A stretch of DNA of 30,894 nt, from positions 1-30,894 of IMG/VR virus record IMGVR_UViG_3300005662_000009, one strand, 5' to 3'. Positions within the stretch are counted from its first letter, which is position 1. Each line of letters opens with the position of its first letter. This DNA is from a virus. Lineage: Duplodnaviria; Caudoviricetes. The notes under the pieces are model-generated. The model was given only the letters and a program-made list of their open reading frames with translations, made no database searches and had not been told where the DNA came from. The position numbers and the translations under genes were made by a program. Of the stretch, positions 15,671 to 25,594 are shown in pieces.

Positions 15671-16926
15671 TGGCGGTCACAATCACATCCAACGCTACGG
15701 CGTTCGGTAGGAACGCTCAATCCATGATATACACCCTGTCGGAATCCACGCTGCCGTTAGCGTCCGACTACAAATTCGTGGTTCGCGTTTTGTCAGGGGC
15801 TACAGAAATCACAAAATTGTATTTGACGCCTAACGCCGCGGACAAGGCTCATTTTGATTTGCGGGGCGTTGTGATGCATCTAACCGAGGCGGACGTGACC
15901 ACACCCGCCGGAGGGAATTTGCAAGACCTCAACACGTGGTTTGCGAAATCAAATCAAATCCGGCAATACACCATTAGCGTTGGAACCTACGTAGCCGGGG
16001 TCGAAACCCTTGGTTTGGCCAGCGTCACTCAATACGTGGTCAATGGTTACACGTACGGGGCAGACAATTTCGACCTATGGCCGTCCATAACGGAATACGC
16101 CTCGTCAACCGGCAGCTCGAAAACATGGCTGACGGAACGGGCGCCTGAAAACAATGTCATCACTATGCCGTGCATCAATGATCAGCGCGGAACCATAGCT
16201 GTATACAATCACGCCGCGTTTGGTTCGGATGCAGACCGGGTGCGCTACACGATATACAATGGCTCAACCCAGCTTGCGACATCGGAATGGGCGTTGGCTA
16301 CGTACGGAGGCCAAACCGCCAGCAATACCGCAACTGAAGGCAAATTGTTGCACGTGGCCGCCTACCCCTACAACGTAACGGCGGCATTGACCGGGCAAGG
16401 CATAACCACAAACCGCCCAAACAGCTTGACCACGTGGACACATTACGAATTGCAATTGAGGTCATCGACTACCGCTAAATCCAACACATTGCGTTTCGAG
16501 CAAACGTCCTACGTCTGCAAAAACACGCCGGTCACAATTGCGTGGGCAAACAAGCTTGGCGGGTGGGAACGATTACTATTTGACGGAAGGCTTCGGTCGA
16601 ACCACACGGCGGACACTAAAACCTATTGGTCGGACACCGGCACATGGAACGCGGCAACCTACACCCAAAGCTACATTTTGCCTCAACGAAAAAATTACGG
16701 GGGCACAGCGGAAACGTCCTACGATTTGCGGGGGGCATGGTCTGATTGGGAGTCCTATTCAATTGTGCCATCATTGTTGCGTAGCACCCAGGTTTTTGCC
16801 TACATCCAAACGGCATGGCATCCGGTCACGCTCGAAACCAAGACCTTGCCGTATGCAATCGACCGGGCGTCTCGCCGTGAAGAAATCACATTGACTATCA
16901 AATTAGCCAACCCGACCACATGTTAA
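15670..16926 (+). CDS. Tail protein (distal-tail-like)
   Basis: Thr-rich, beta-rich protein with C-terminal 'W.NKLGGWE...F' motif; precedes the large tail protein. Confidence 0.65.
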   Translation: MAVTITSNATAFGRNAQSMIYTLSESTLPLASDYKFVVRVLSGATEITKLYLTPNAADKAHFDLRGVVMHLTEADVTTPAGGNLQDLNTWFAKSNQIRQYTISVGTYVAGVETLGLASVTQYVVNGYTYGADNFDLWPSITEYASSTGSSKTWLTERAPENNVITMPCINDQRGTIAVYNHAAFGSDADRVRYTIYNGSTQLATSEWALATYGGQTASNTATEGKLLHVAAYPYNVTAALTGQGITTNRPNSLTTWTHYELQLRSSTTAKSNTLRFEQTSYVCKNTPVTIAWANKLGGWERLLFDGRLRSNHTADTKTYWSDTGTWNAATYTQSYILPQRKNYGGTAETSYDLRGAWSDWESYSIVPSLLRSTQVFAYIQTAWHPVTLETKTLPYAIDRASRREEITLTIKLANPTTC

Positions 16927-19907
16927 GGCTCAACGTCACGGCGAACGACGGAACCCGGCACGTATTAGACCTGTACGAAAATGCCCCGGTCAACCTAAAT
17001 TATTTGTTCGCTGATTTGCATGATGTCACCCAAATCAGCTCGACGTACAGCCAAACATTCCGAATCCCGGCGACCGACAAAAACCAAGCTTTGTTTGGGC
17101 CAGCGGAAAACGCGAACATATACCCTGACGACGAGGGGTATTACGGGAACAAATGGTCGGCTAAACGGAAGCTTGACGCTCAATTGACGTACGATTCCAT
17201 TCCGTTAGTAACAGGGTACATCCAATTCAAAAAGGCATACCTCACCAACCGGGTTCACGCTGAATATGAGATTGTGTTTTTTGGGGAAACGTCCCTCGTC
17301 GGTAAGGCAATCGGGGACGGGCGGTTAGTGGATTTGGATTGGAGCACTTACGACCATCAGCCGACATCGACAAACATCGTGAATTCATGGTCAGGCACAT
17401 TGTTTGCCGGCGACATCCGCTACGCCCTTATCGACCGGGGACAATCGTGGAGCTTTACGTATCAAAATGCCAGCACGTTTGAATCGGGGATAACCTGCAC
17501 AGAAATGACGCCGTGCATCCGTATCAAATCGGTGCTCGACCGAATCATGACCACGGCGGGTTACAGCTACACGTCGGACTGGATCACGTCGATGGGGGAT
17601 GTCTACATGCCAGTCATGGGGCCGGTTGACCGGTTGTACGGCGACCGGGTAGTGGACTACGGCGTCAAATTGAATTTTACCGGAACAGGCACGGGGCTCA
17701 ACCCCATCGGTCTATCCGAATTAACCGGCGGCTACGATTTAGGCAATACATGGACGCAAGCCGTTTCATTATGGACGGCTCCGTTTGCATGTCAAATCAC
17801 CCTTACGTTTCAATATTCGTTCACGGTCACAGGGCCTTCGGGTCAGGCGCGAATCGGAATCAAAGACCACAATTCCGGGACGTATTATTACGTGAGCCAA
17901 TGGGTGCCTGTCGGCGAATCGCTCGACGAAACCATCGACGTGACATTCAATTTACCAGCTGGCGAAACATGGCAAGCGGTGGCAATTTGTCCGGGGGCCG
18001 AGACCTTGTCTTCGTTGAATTGTTCGGTCACGATGAAGTCCTTGTATCACATTGACACCGGTTACAGCGGGTGGCTGGGGCAAAACATGCCGGACATCAA
18101 ACAAATCGACTTCCTCAAATCCCTGCAAAAATCATTCAACCTCGTCATAGTCCCTGACACAAACAAACCAAACCACGTCTACATCGAAACATGGGACGAA
18201 TACATAGGGTCAGGGGTGACCAAGGACTGGTCATCAAAAATCGATTATTCCAAGGATGTCATCATTGAACCTACGACAGCGCTCCAAAAAAAAATGTACG
18301 AATGGTCGCACGCGGAAAGCCCGGATTTGGTCAACGTGCAAATCAAAAACAGCTTGCAACGTACATGGGGACGTCACCGGATTTTAGACACTCAAAATGA
18401 TTTCGCCGTAGGAGAAATGAGGGTGACTACGGATTTCGCCCCATTCGTCACCAGCTACATTCCAAATTCCGAATACGTCATCCACCGCTCAATCAGCATG
18501 GATGGATCAGGAATCAAAAACCCTAAACCTATGCTGGCGTATTGGAATGGAACCGCCACGGGAGCGCTTACGTTAAAATCCGCCACGGCGACCACCAACC
18601 TCGCGTCATATCCCGTGTTTAGCAATTGGTCGGCCTACCCGGTAGAACTGGATGACCAATCATTGACATTTGGCAATGACCAAGCTTTGCACGCCGGGGT
18701 GGAATTGCCATTGGAAGCTTTGTGGTACAAATACTGGCGTAATCATTTCACCGAGCTGTATTCAGTCGATTCGCGAATGATGACCGCTTATGTTTTTCTC
18801 ACCGGCGCGGACATCAACCAATTCAGGTTTTCAGACAAAATCTACATTCGGGATGCGTACTACCGGGTTCACACAATCAGCAATTTCGCGGCGAATGAAA
18901 CAGGGTCATGCGCGGTCACGTTTGTCAAGCTGTTGGAACCTAAACGGGATTGCGACTACATCCCTTATTCCATTGCGTCTGACACAGGCGTGGTCACGTT
19001 CACGGACGTAGACAATGAAACATCCAGCGGCAACCGCTTATGTTGTGAGAAATACGGCTACGTTTGGTTGAACAACCGATGCCTCAACATAAGCCCTGGC
19101 AAATGGCAAAAACCCGGCCCCTCGACCGATTTGTCAAGCTTTGAAAACGCCACGGCGGGAATCAATGGCACGTTGGAAGACATTGAATCTAAAACCGACC
19201 TGATCACAATCACGTCGGCGTTAGACCTTGACGAATTAGCAATCGACGTGAACACAAACACGTCAGACATTGCCGGCATTCAAACAGACCTTGACCGGTT
19301 GCGGGCGACATTCCGGCCAAAAAGCGGCACGGAAGCGACTACCCGAATTGTTTACGAAGGGGACAAATTCGACGGCATGGTCGTAGAATTGACCCAAACC
19401 GAAGGGACTATGTCCAGCGCCAGCGGTCGCACATCCATGTCGATGAGCGAAAACAGCCCCGGCGTGTTCCAAATCGATTTGCAAGACCAATTGACTACGC
19501 CAGGTACATCCACCGCTATTTACGCTACCGGTAATTCGGCAGGCAACCGGGTGGGCATCAATACCACGTCGCCTACGGCAACCCTTGACGTGGTGGGTTC
19601 CATTCGGTCGACTACCACTATCACGTCTAACGGAAATGTCAATGGCAGAAACATGGTCACGGACGGGACAAAATTGGACGGCATCCAAGCTTTGGCGGAG
19701 GTCAATCAATTAGCGTTTAGCAACATTTCGGTGAATGGGTCAACCATTGCCGCGAACACTAAAACGGCGACATTCACCCTTGTCGCTGGCACCAACGTCA
19801 CCCTTACACCCAATGTCGCTGGCCGGTCAATCACAATTGACGCGTCCGGTGGAGGCGCCGCGACCACGGACGAATCAGACCTGTTCATGTTTTTTTTCGA
19901 GAAATAA
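16920..19907 (+). CDS. Large tail tip / baseplate hub protein with C-terminal fibre segment
   Basis: 995 aa; 'LDLYEN...YSQTFRIPAT..N..LF', 'PDIKQIDFL......FNL', and fibre motif 'RVGINTTSPTATLDVVG'. Confidence 0.75.
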   Translation: MLRLNVTANDGTRHVLDLYENAPVNLNYLFADLHDVTQISSTYSQTFRIPATDKNQALFGPAENANIYPDDEGYYGNKWSAKRKLDAQLTYDSIPLVTGYIQFKKAYLTNRVHAEYEIVFFGETSLVGKAIGDGRLVDLDWSTYDHQPTSTNIVNSWSGTLFAGDIRYALIDRGQSWSFTYQNASTFESGITCTEMTPCIRIKSVLDRIMTTAGYSYTSDWITSMGDVYMPVMGPVDRLYGDRVVDYGVKLNFTGTGTGLNPIGLSELTGGYDLGNTWTQAVSLWTAPFACQITLTFQYSFTVTGPSGQARIGIKDHNSGTYYYVSQWVPVGESLDETIDVTFNLPAGETWQAVAICPGAETLSSLNCSVTMKSLYHIDTGYSGWLGQNMPDIKQIDFLKSLQKSFNLVIVPDTNKPNHVYIETWDEYIGSGVTKDWSSKIDYSKDVIIEPTTALQKKMYEWSHAESPDLVNVQIKNSLQRTWGRHRILDTQNDFAVGEMRVTTDFAPFVTSYIPNSEYVIHRSISMDGSGIKNPKPMLAYWNGTATGALTLKSATATTNLASYPVFSNWSAYPVELDDQSLTFGNDQALHAGVELPLEALWYKYWRNHFTELYSVDSRMMTAYVFLTGADINQFRFSDKIYIRDAYYRVHTISNFAANETGSCAVTFVKLLEPKRDCDYIPYSIASDTGVVTFTDVDNETSSGNRLCCEKYGYVWLNNRCLNISPGKWQKPGPSTDLSSFENATAGINGTLEDIESKTDLITITSALDLDELAIDVNTNTSDIAGIQTDLDRLRATFRPKSGTEATTRIVYEGDKFDGMVVELTQTEGTMSSASGRTSMSMSENSPGVFQIDLQDQLTTPGTSTAIYATGNSAGNRVGINTTSPTATLDVVGSIRSTTTITSNGNVNGRNMVTDGTKLDGIQALAEVNQLAFSNISVNGSTIAANTKTATFTLVAGTNVTLTPNVAGRSITIDASGGGAATTDESDLFMFFFEK

Positions 19908-21434
19908 ATGGCGAACGTCTACAACACAACCCAAACGAACATCACGGCTACGGGCACGTACGCTGTAGTATATACCGCAACTGCCAGTACCAGCTTGATT
20001 CGGGCAATCCGTATTGTTCACGATTCAGGCGCGGCGACGGCGACGTTAGCGTTGACCAAATCGGGAGGCACCCGTGCGGACATGGGAGAATTTGCCCTCA
20101 CGTCCAAAACCATGACCAACACTATCACGGAAATTTTACCGCTGTCCGCCGGTGACGTGATTGAGGTCAAATGCACACACCAACCTACAAGGGTTTACGT
20201 GAGCTACGCCGAAAACGTGGTTTCTGTATCCGGGCAGTCCATCGACGTGCTGACGGACGTGGACACCACCGGCAAGGCTAACGGCAATGTGCTCACGTGG
20301 GATGCGACCGCCGGGCAATGGGAAGCTGCCGCCCCAGCCGGGGTCACGTCGGTAACAGGAACGGCCCCTATTGTTTCGTCAGGCGGAACCACACCGGCAA
20401 TCAGCATCAATGCCGCGACCACATCTAACGCGGGTTCCATGTCTGCGGCAGACAAAACCAAATTGGACGGGATCCAGTCGCTGGCCGAGGTTAATCAAAA
20501 TGCGTGGAGCAACATTGCGGTAGCCGGTCAAACCACAATTGCAGCTAACGCCAAAACGGACACGCTGAACGTGGCGGCGGCAAACACAAACGTAGCCCTT
20601 ACCACAAACGCGGGCACGGACACATTGACTATCGGCATCGCGAACGATTTGATTTTATCGACCATAGCTACAACCGGCAACATTCAGTCACTCGGCACGT
20701 TGAGCGGGGCAAGCATCAATTCCGGCGGCAACCTGAACGTCACGGGAACGCTAACGGCAGGAACGGCCATATTGACCGGGTTAAGCTTTACGGGCGGCGG
20801 TACATCGACCATCGGCCCTGATAACAGCTTGGCGGTTGACCCAGCCGATTTGCTCATCCGTTCCAACGGGAACGTCGACGTAGTTCTTGACTACGACGAC
20901 GACGAAACGTCACAGGCCTTCCGGGTGAAGGACGGGGACGGCAACACAATGTTTAGCGTGGATGAAGACGGCATCAGCGTTGCCAACGGCACGGCATCCA
21001 CCGGGGCGGTCATTCGGCTGGGCGAAGCGACTGCCAACGGAACCAATTACGTCGCGCTACAATCGCCTACGGCGTTAGCGGCAAACGTCACGTTCACATT
21101 GCCAAGCGCTGACGGAACCGCCGGTCAGGTTTTGTCTACGAATGCATCCGGGGCATTGTCATTCGTCACTAAACGACTGGTTCAGGTGACCGGAAAAACA
21201 GTCGCTACCGGGGCATGGTCGCTTGTGTCAGGATTTTACGAGGCGTCCATTTCGGATGCCGGGATCAGCGCGACATCGGTAGTCAACGTCATTCCGGACA
21301 ATGCAAGCGCGTCGGTTGCGGCAACCGCAGGGGTTTTGCCTCGAACGGACAGCTCCGCCGGTGCGGTCAAAATTTACGCTACCGCTATACCGGCATCAAC
21401 CCTTACATTGACCATTAACATCATTGATTTGTAA
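19908..21434 (+). CDS. Tail fibre protein
   Basis: Ala/Thr/Gly-rich with fibre motifs 'LTDVD......NVLTW', 'GVTSVTGTAPIVSSGGTTPAIS', 'FTLPSADGTAGQVLSTN..GALSF'. Confidence 0.8.
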   Translation: MANVYNTTQTNITATGTYAVVYTATASTSLIRAIRIVHDSGAATATLALTKSGGTRADMGEFALTSKTMTNTITEILPLSAGDVIEVKCTHQPTRVYVSYAENVVSVSGQSIDVLTDVDTTGKANGNVLTWDATAGQWEAAAPAGVTSVTGTAPIVSSGGTTPAISINAATTSNAGSMSAADKTKLDGIQSLAEVNQNAWSNIAVAGQTTIAANAKTDTLNVAAANTNVALTTNAGTDTLTIGIANDLILSTIATTGNIQSLGTLSGASINSGGNLNVTGTLTAGTAILTGLSFTGGGTSTIGPDNSLAVDPADLLIRSNGNVDVVLDYDDDETSQAFRVKDGDGNTMFSVDEDGISVANGTASTGAVIRLGEATANGTNYVALQSPTALAANVTFTLPSADGTAGQVLSTNASGALSFVTKRLVQVTGKTVATGAWSLVSGFYEASISDAGISATSVVNVIPDNASASVAATAGVLPRTDSSAGAVKIYATAIPASTLTLTINIIDL

Positions 21435-21436
21435 TC

Positions 21437-22264
21437 ATGGCCGTAGGAGAATTTGCAATACCAGCTACGTCCGGCGCGGGTTCAACCCCGGCGTCCACCA
21501 CGCCTACATTAAGCTTGGCTCAATCGGCGTTCGGAATTGTCACCGCTACCATCACAAATTACGCCAGCTACACCAACCCGAATTTCAGCGCGACCGCTGC
21601 CGTAGGAGGGACCACGACTGTAACAGACACGAACGTTCAACACAACCTCGACGTATCACAAACCAAGCTCGGGAATCAGCTTTACATCAAGGACACTAAC
21701 GCGACCGCCGGAACCCGAACGCTATCCGTCCGGGCACAGGAATTTGGTGATTACAAACAAAGCGCTGCGGCCACCGCTACCTATACAGTCACATACGTCA
21801 CGGCGCGGTACATCCGTCTAAAAGGAGTGACCAGCGCGGGCGTGGCAACCGCTTCGTACCTCGGTTTTGCGGACGTGCGATTTTACACCGGTAGCGGCTC
21901 GACAGGCACGGCGTACCCAACGACCAACCTGACCAGCAACACAAGCGAAACGGGGATTGTGGTTTCGTCAGGATATGCCTACAACGCCACGTATGACACA
22001 TGGAAGGCAGCGGACAATAACCCGACAGGCACGTTTTGGTGGTCTCTCGGTCTCGGCAACGCAGCGTTGAATTGGTGGCAAATCGAATTTCAACCCGCCA
22101 CATATCCAACGCCGCCTACCATCAAAAGCTTACGTATATACGGGAACAATAACCAAACCACCCATTTTAGGGTTTTGAGCAGCAGCACCGGCGCGTTTGC
22201 TGGCGAGGAAACCGACCATGGATATTTTGCGGTCAGCAATAACGTCTACAATTACTACGGCTAA
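21437..22264 (+). CDS. Putative receptor-binding protein with discoidin-like C-terminal domain
   Basis: 'WKAAD....TFWWS...WWQIEF......IKSLRIY' resembles F5/8-type carbohydrate-binding domains. Confidence 0.55.
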   Translation: MAVGEFAIPATSGAGSTPASTTPTLSLAQSAFGIVTATITNYASYTNPNFSATAAVGGTTTVTDTNVQHNLDVSQTKLGNQLYIKDTNATAGTRTLSVRAQEFGDYKQSAAATATYTVTYVTARYIRLKGVTSAGVATASYLGFADVRFYTGSGSTGTAYPTTNLTSNTSETGIVVSSGYAYNATYDTWKAADNNPTGTFWWSLGLGNAALNWWQIEFQPATYPTPPTIKSLRIYGNNNQTTHFRVLSSSTGAFAGEETDHGYFAVSNNVYNYYG

Positions 22265-22446
22265 TGGAAACACAGGCAATACAAACCATCATTGATTTGT
22301 TCAGCGCCCCAGTGGTCGCCGACCATTTGTCAGGCAAAAAAATGCAGACGCGAATCCACGTGGCAACCATATTAGCCCTTGACAAAAACGGGACATTGAC
22401 CGACGCTGACAAAACGCTCGTTTTAAGCTTGCCCGATGATTACTGA
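22264..22446 (+). CDS. Hypothetical protein (60 aa)
   Basis: TAATG coupling to the upstream gene. Confidence 0.6.
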   Translation: METQAIQTIIDLFSAPVVADHLSGKKMQTRIHVATILALDKNGTLTDADKTLVLSLPDDY

Positions 22447-22636
22447 CCACCGGGATCAAGTGGGGCACATCGTGCTGACCGGCATGACCAAGCTGGTTGA
22501 CACCGGTCACAAAACCAGCCGGGATTTTAATTCGCCTTGGTGGCAGGTAACAATGCGTGCCATTGTCATCATAGTAAACACGGCCTTGATTTTAGGCCTC
22601 ATTGTTTGGACATGGAAAATCGGGACGTCTATTTAA
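22436..22636 (+). CDS. Small membrane protein (66 aa) upstream of the tape measure gene
   Basis: C-terminal hydrophobic helix 'AIVIIVNTALILGLIVWTW'. Confidence 0.55.
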   Translation: MITDHRDQVGHIVLTGMTKLVDTGHKTSRDFNSPWWQVTMRAIVIIVNTALILGLIVWTWKIGTSI

Positions 22637-24405
22637 TTGAGGTCAAAACCGTCACCAAAGGGAAGGCGGACGTTGACGCGACCACGAATTCCGTCAAAAA
22701 ATTAGGCGCTGAATCCAAAAAGGCTGCTGACGAGGCGAAAAAACAAGAGGCTGCTAACAAGGCGGCGGCACAAGCGGCGAACGAAACCCAAAAAGCTCAA
22801 CAGGCGTCTGAAAAACAATTTGATTTCGCCGCTCGGCAATTAGACCGGTTTACCGGAGGCGCGGCGTCGGGATTCGTAAACATTCAAAAAGAAATTCGAG
22901 GCACGTTCCCTGCATTACAGGGAATGAAAGGCGCTATCGCTGCAACCGGCATTGGATTATTGGTCGTAGCGGCGGGCATGTTGGCTCAACATTGGGAGGC
23001 CATATCCGGGTGGCTCAATTCGGCATCGGACGAAACCCAAAATTTGCTCAATGATTCCAACAAGCTGGTGGTCGCGGCGGAATCCCAATTAGACGCTATT
23101 GGCGAGACCGAAAACATATTAAAGCTTCAAGGGAAATCGGAACGGGACATTTTGAAAATGCGGATGCAGGCTACCGACGAGGCAATCGCCGCGAAGGAAA
23201 TGCAGCTTGCCGCGTTGAAACAAACCAAAATCGAACAAACGGCTATAGCGGAACGGAACCATAATATCACAAAAGGATTGCTCCTAATGTTGAGCCTTCC
23301 GGTAACCATGTTGCTGGGGGCCATCGACCAAATTTCGGCAGGGCTTGAGGCGTTAGGGGTCATTGACACCAAGCTCAATTTAGTCGATGACGTTTTCGGC
23401 GGAATCGCTAACATGGTATTTGACCCACAGGCGGTCGCGGCAGAAGGACAGGCAACCATTGACGAGGCTGACAAGGCGTTGACCCAATTGAAAAACCAAC
23501 GTGCTGGCTATCAATTGCAGCTTACGGCAATGGATAAACAGGCGGCGGATGCGCGGGCGGAAAAACAGGCGGCATCGGACGCGGACGAAGCGGAAAAAGC
23601 GGCGAAGGCTGCGGCGGACGCGTTGGCACGGGAAAAGGCGAAAAACGACGCTATGCTGGCGATCGAGGACGCCTTGTGGGAGCAACAGGCAAATGACACC
23701 GACCGGGAGGTTCGGGCCATTGAGGAAAAATACAACGCGCTGGAGGCGATGGCCGTGGAGCATGGATTATCCACGGTAGAAATCGAAGCTGCCCGTATGG
23801 CCGAAATCGACGCCCTTGAACAGAAATATGCGGACGCGGCGGCCAAACGCCGGGAAGAGGAACGGCTGGCAAAGGAGGCGGCGGACAAGGCAACAGCGGA
23901 AGCGGAAATCCAGCGGCGACATGACACCATCAATAAAATTAACGAGCTGTCACAGGCCGGTGCGGAATTTGTTTTGAACCTAATGAACATGACCGAGGCC
24001 GCTGACCAGCGGACGGCTAAAAAACGATTCCAAATCGCCAAAAAAATTCAGCTTGGTGCGGCCATTATGTCCACGGCACAAGCAATCATTGCGGCGTTAG
24101 CGGCCCCGCCCGTCGGTTTAGGTTTTCCCGCCGGTTTGCCCGGCGCCGCTATGGCGGCAATGACCGGCACGACATCCATAGCGTCTATCGCTTCGCAAAA
24201 ATTTGAATCCGGCGCTACGGCCCCACCGCCCCCGCCTTCATTGTCAACCGCAACCTCAAGCAATAGTTCTGCGCCACAAATTGATTTGTCATGGATGGGG
24301 CAGGGCTCGGTAATGAACCAACCCGTAAGAGCTTACGTGTTAGAACAAAACGTGACCACATCACAACAATCTAACCAGCTAATCCTCGAACAATCCAAAC
24401 TATGA
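22612..24405 (+). CDS. Tape measure protein (about 597 aa)
   Basis: Ala-rich coiled coil, 'AIAATGIGLLVVA' motif, hydrophobic segments, C-terminal 'PVRAYV....VT..Q'. Confidence 0.85.
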   Translation: MENRDVYLIEVKTVTKGKADVDATTNSVKKLGAESKKAADEAKKQEAANKAAAQAANETQKAQQASEKQFDFAARQLDRFTGGAASGFVNIQKEIRGTFPALQGMKGAIAATGIGLLVVAAGMLAQHWEAISGWLNSASDETQNLLNDSNKLVVAAESQLDAIGETENILKLQGKSERDILKMRMQATDEAIAAKEMQLAALKQTKIEQTAIAERNHNITKGLLLMLSLPVTMLLGAIDQISAGLEALGVIDTKLNLVDDVFGGIANMVFDPQAVAAEGQATIDEADKALTQLKNQRAGYQLQLTAMDKQAADARAEKQAASDADEAEKAAKAAADALAREKAKNDAMLAIEDALWEQQANDTDREVRAIEEKYNALEAMAVEHGLSTVEIEAARMAEIDALEQKYADAAAKRREEERLAKEAADKATAEAEIQRRHDTINKINELSQAGAEFVLNLMNMTEAADQRTAKKRFQIAKKIQLGAAIMSTAQAIIAALAAPPVGLGFPAGLPGAAMAAMTGTTSIASIASQKFESGATAPPPPPSLSTATSSNSSAPQIDLSWMGQGSVMNQPVRAYVLEQNVTTSQQSNQLILEQSKL

Positions 24406-25007
24406 AAATCATTGAATTAGTCATCGACGAAACCAGCCCTGACGACGGGGTGGAATTGATTTCTATGGTCAAAGAGCCTGCCATTGGTAGTTATTGGGTA
24501 GCTCTATCGGAATCAATCCGGCAACAAAAATTCACACAAACGAATCCTGAAAAACGGGTGGTCATGGGGCCAGCTATGATACCGGATTTGCCCATCATGC
24601 GACGAGACCCTGACGGGACGGAATACCACGTTTATTTTAGCCGTGACACTATCCGCCGGTGCATGGAAATGTATTTTAAGCAGGCGCGACACCTCAAATC
24701 CAATTACGAACATTCCGACGAGGTTCGCGGCGTCGCTGTGGTGGAGTCATGGATTGTGGACGATCCAGCAATGGACAAATCCAAGCTTTACAACGTCGAG
24801 GTTCCACGTGGAACGTGGATGGTAGCTATGAAAATCGACAATGACACCATATGGGAGGATTTCGTCAAAACAGGCGACGTGCGCGGGTTCAGCATTGAAG
24901 GCCAATTCCGGGACAAATTGCATTTGTCTCAAATGGAGGCTCAATCTGACCCGGTTGACCAATTGGTCACCGAATTAGCCGAATTGCTGGGTAAGAATCC
25001 GTCCTGA
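24402..25007 (+). CDS. Prohead protease (XkdF-like)
   Basis: 'ISMV..PAI', 'KRVVMGPAMIPD..I.R', 'N.EH', 'VESWIV', 'GTW', 'GFSIEG.F'. Confidence 0.88.
   Translation: MKIIELVIDETSPDDGVELISMVKEPAIGSYWVALSESIRQQKFTQTNPEKRVVMGPAMIPDLPIMRRDPDGTEYHVYFSRDTIRRCMEMYFKQARHLKSNYEHSDEVRGVAVVESWIVDDPAMDKSKLYNVEVPRGTWMVAMKIDNDTIWEDFVKTGDVRGFSIEGQFRDKLHLSQMEAQSDPVDQLVTELAELLGKNPS
24800..24815. promoter_or_regulatory. parS-like site 3
   Basis: gGTTCCACGTGGAACg; perfect 14-bp palindrome. Confidence 0.78.
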
Positions 25008-25042
25008 AACCCCTCTACCCTACAAACCCAAAAACCATACAC

Positions 25043-25594
25043 ATGGACATTATGCAACGGGTGAACCAGCTCTTTAAGCAATACGACGTAAAGCTTCAGG
25101 CTGTTGCTCACCAAATCAAAATGGCCGAGGCCTCGTTAGAGGACGGAACGGCAATCATGACTGACGCCGAGGCATTCGCGGTCGGCGTCGCTGTATTCGT
25201 TATGTCTCCCGAAGGCAACCAAATCCCATTGCCGGACGGCACGTATAAGCTGGCCGACGGAACCGAAATTGTGGTAGTCGAAGGCGTGGTCACCGAAATG
25301 AACGCCCCTGCCGCTGCCGCCGAGGAACCCGTGCCCGCCGAAATGTCCAGCTATGTCACTCGCAAAGAGGTTGAGGATTTGATTGTTCAGGCATTGTCGG
25401 GCGTGGTCAAGGAACGAATGGCGGCAATGGATCAGCTCCGCCAAGACATGGTCGCACAACAAAAAACCATCGCGGCTAAAATGGCTAAACAAACGCCGTT
25501 GAGCCGTGAGCAAAATGTCAAATCCGAACCCGTGGACATTAAAGGCCTTAAAGGGGTAGAACTCATTCAAGCTTTGCAAAACCAATTCAAATGA
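25043..25594 (+). CDS. Capsid scaffold-like protein
   Basis: 'LEDGT...F.VG..VFV...PLPDG.Y.L.DG..I.V..G.V' plus coiled coil; lies between protease and capsid genes. Confidence 0.75.
   Translation: MDIMQRVNQLFKQYDVKLQAVAHQIKMAEASLEDGTAIMTDAEAFAVGVAVFVMSPEGNQIPLPDGTYKLADGTEIVVVEGVVTEMNAPAAAAEEPVPAEMSSYVTRKEVEDLIVQALSGVVKERMAAMDQLRQDMVAQQKTIAAKMAKQTPLSREQNVKSEPVDIKGLKGVELIQALQNQFK

Noticed and set aside
19887-19910. T8 run at the end of the hub gene as a second frameshift
   Set aside because: The next gene is already in the same frame after TAA, so a shift would not fuse them.
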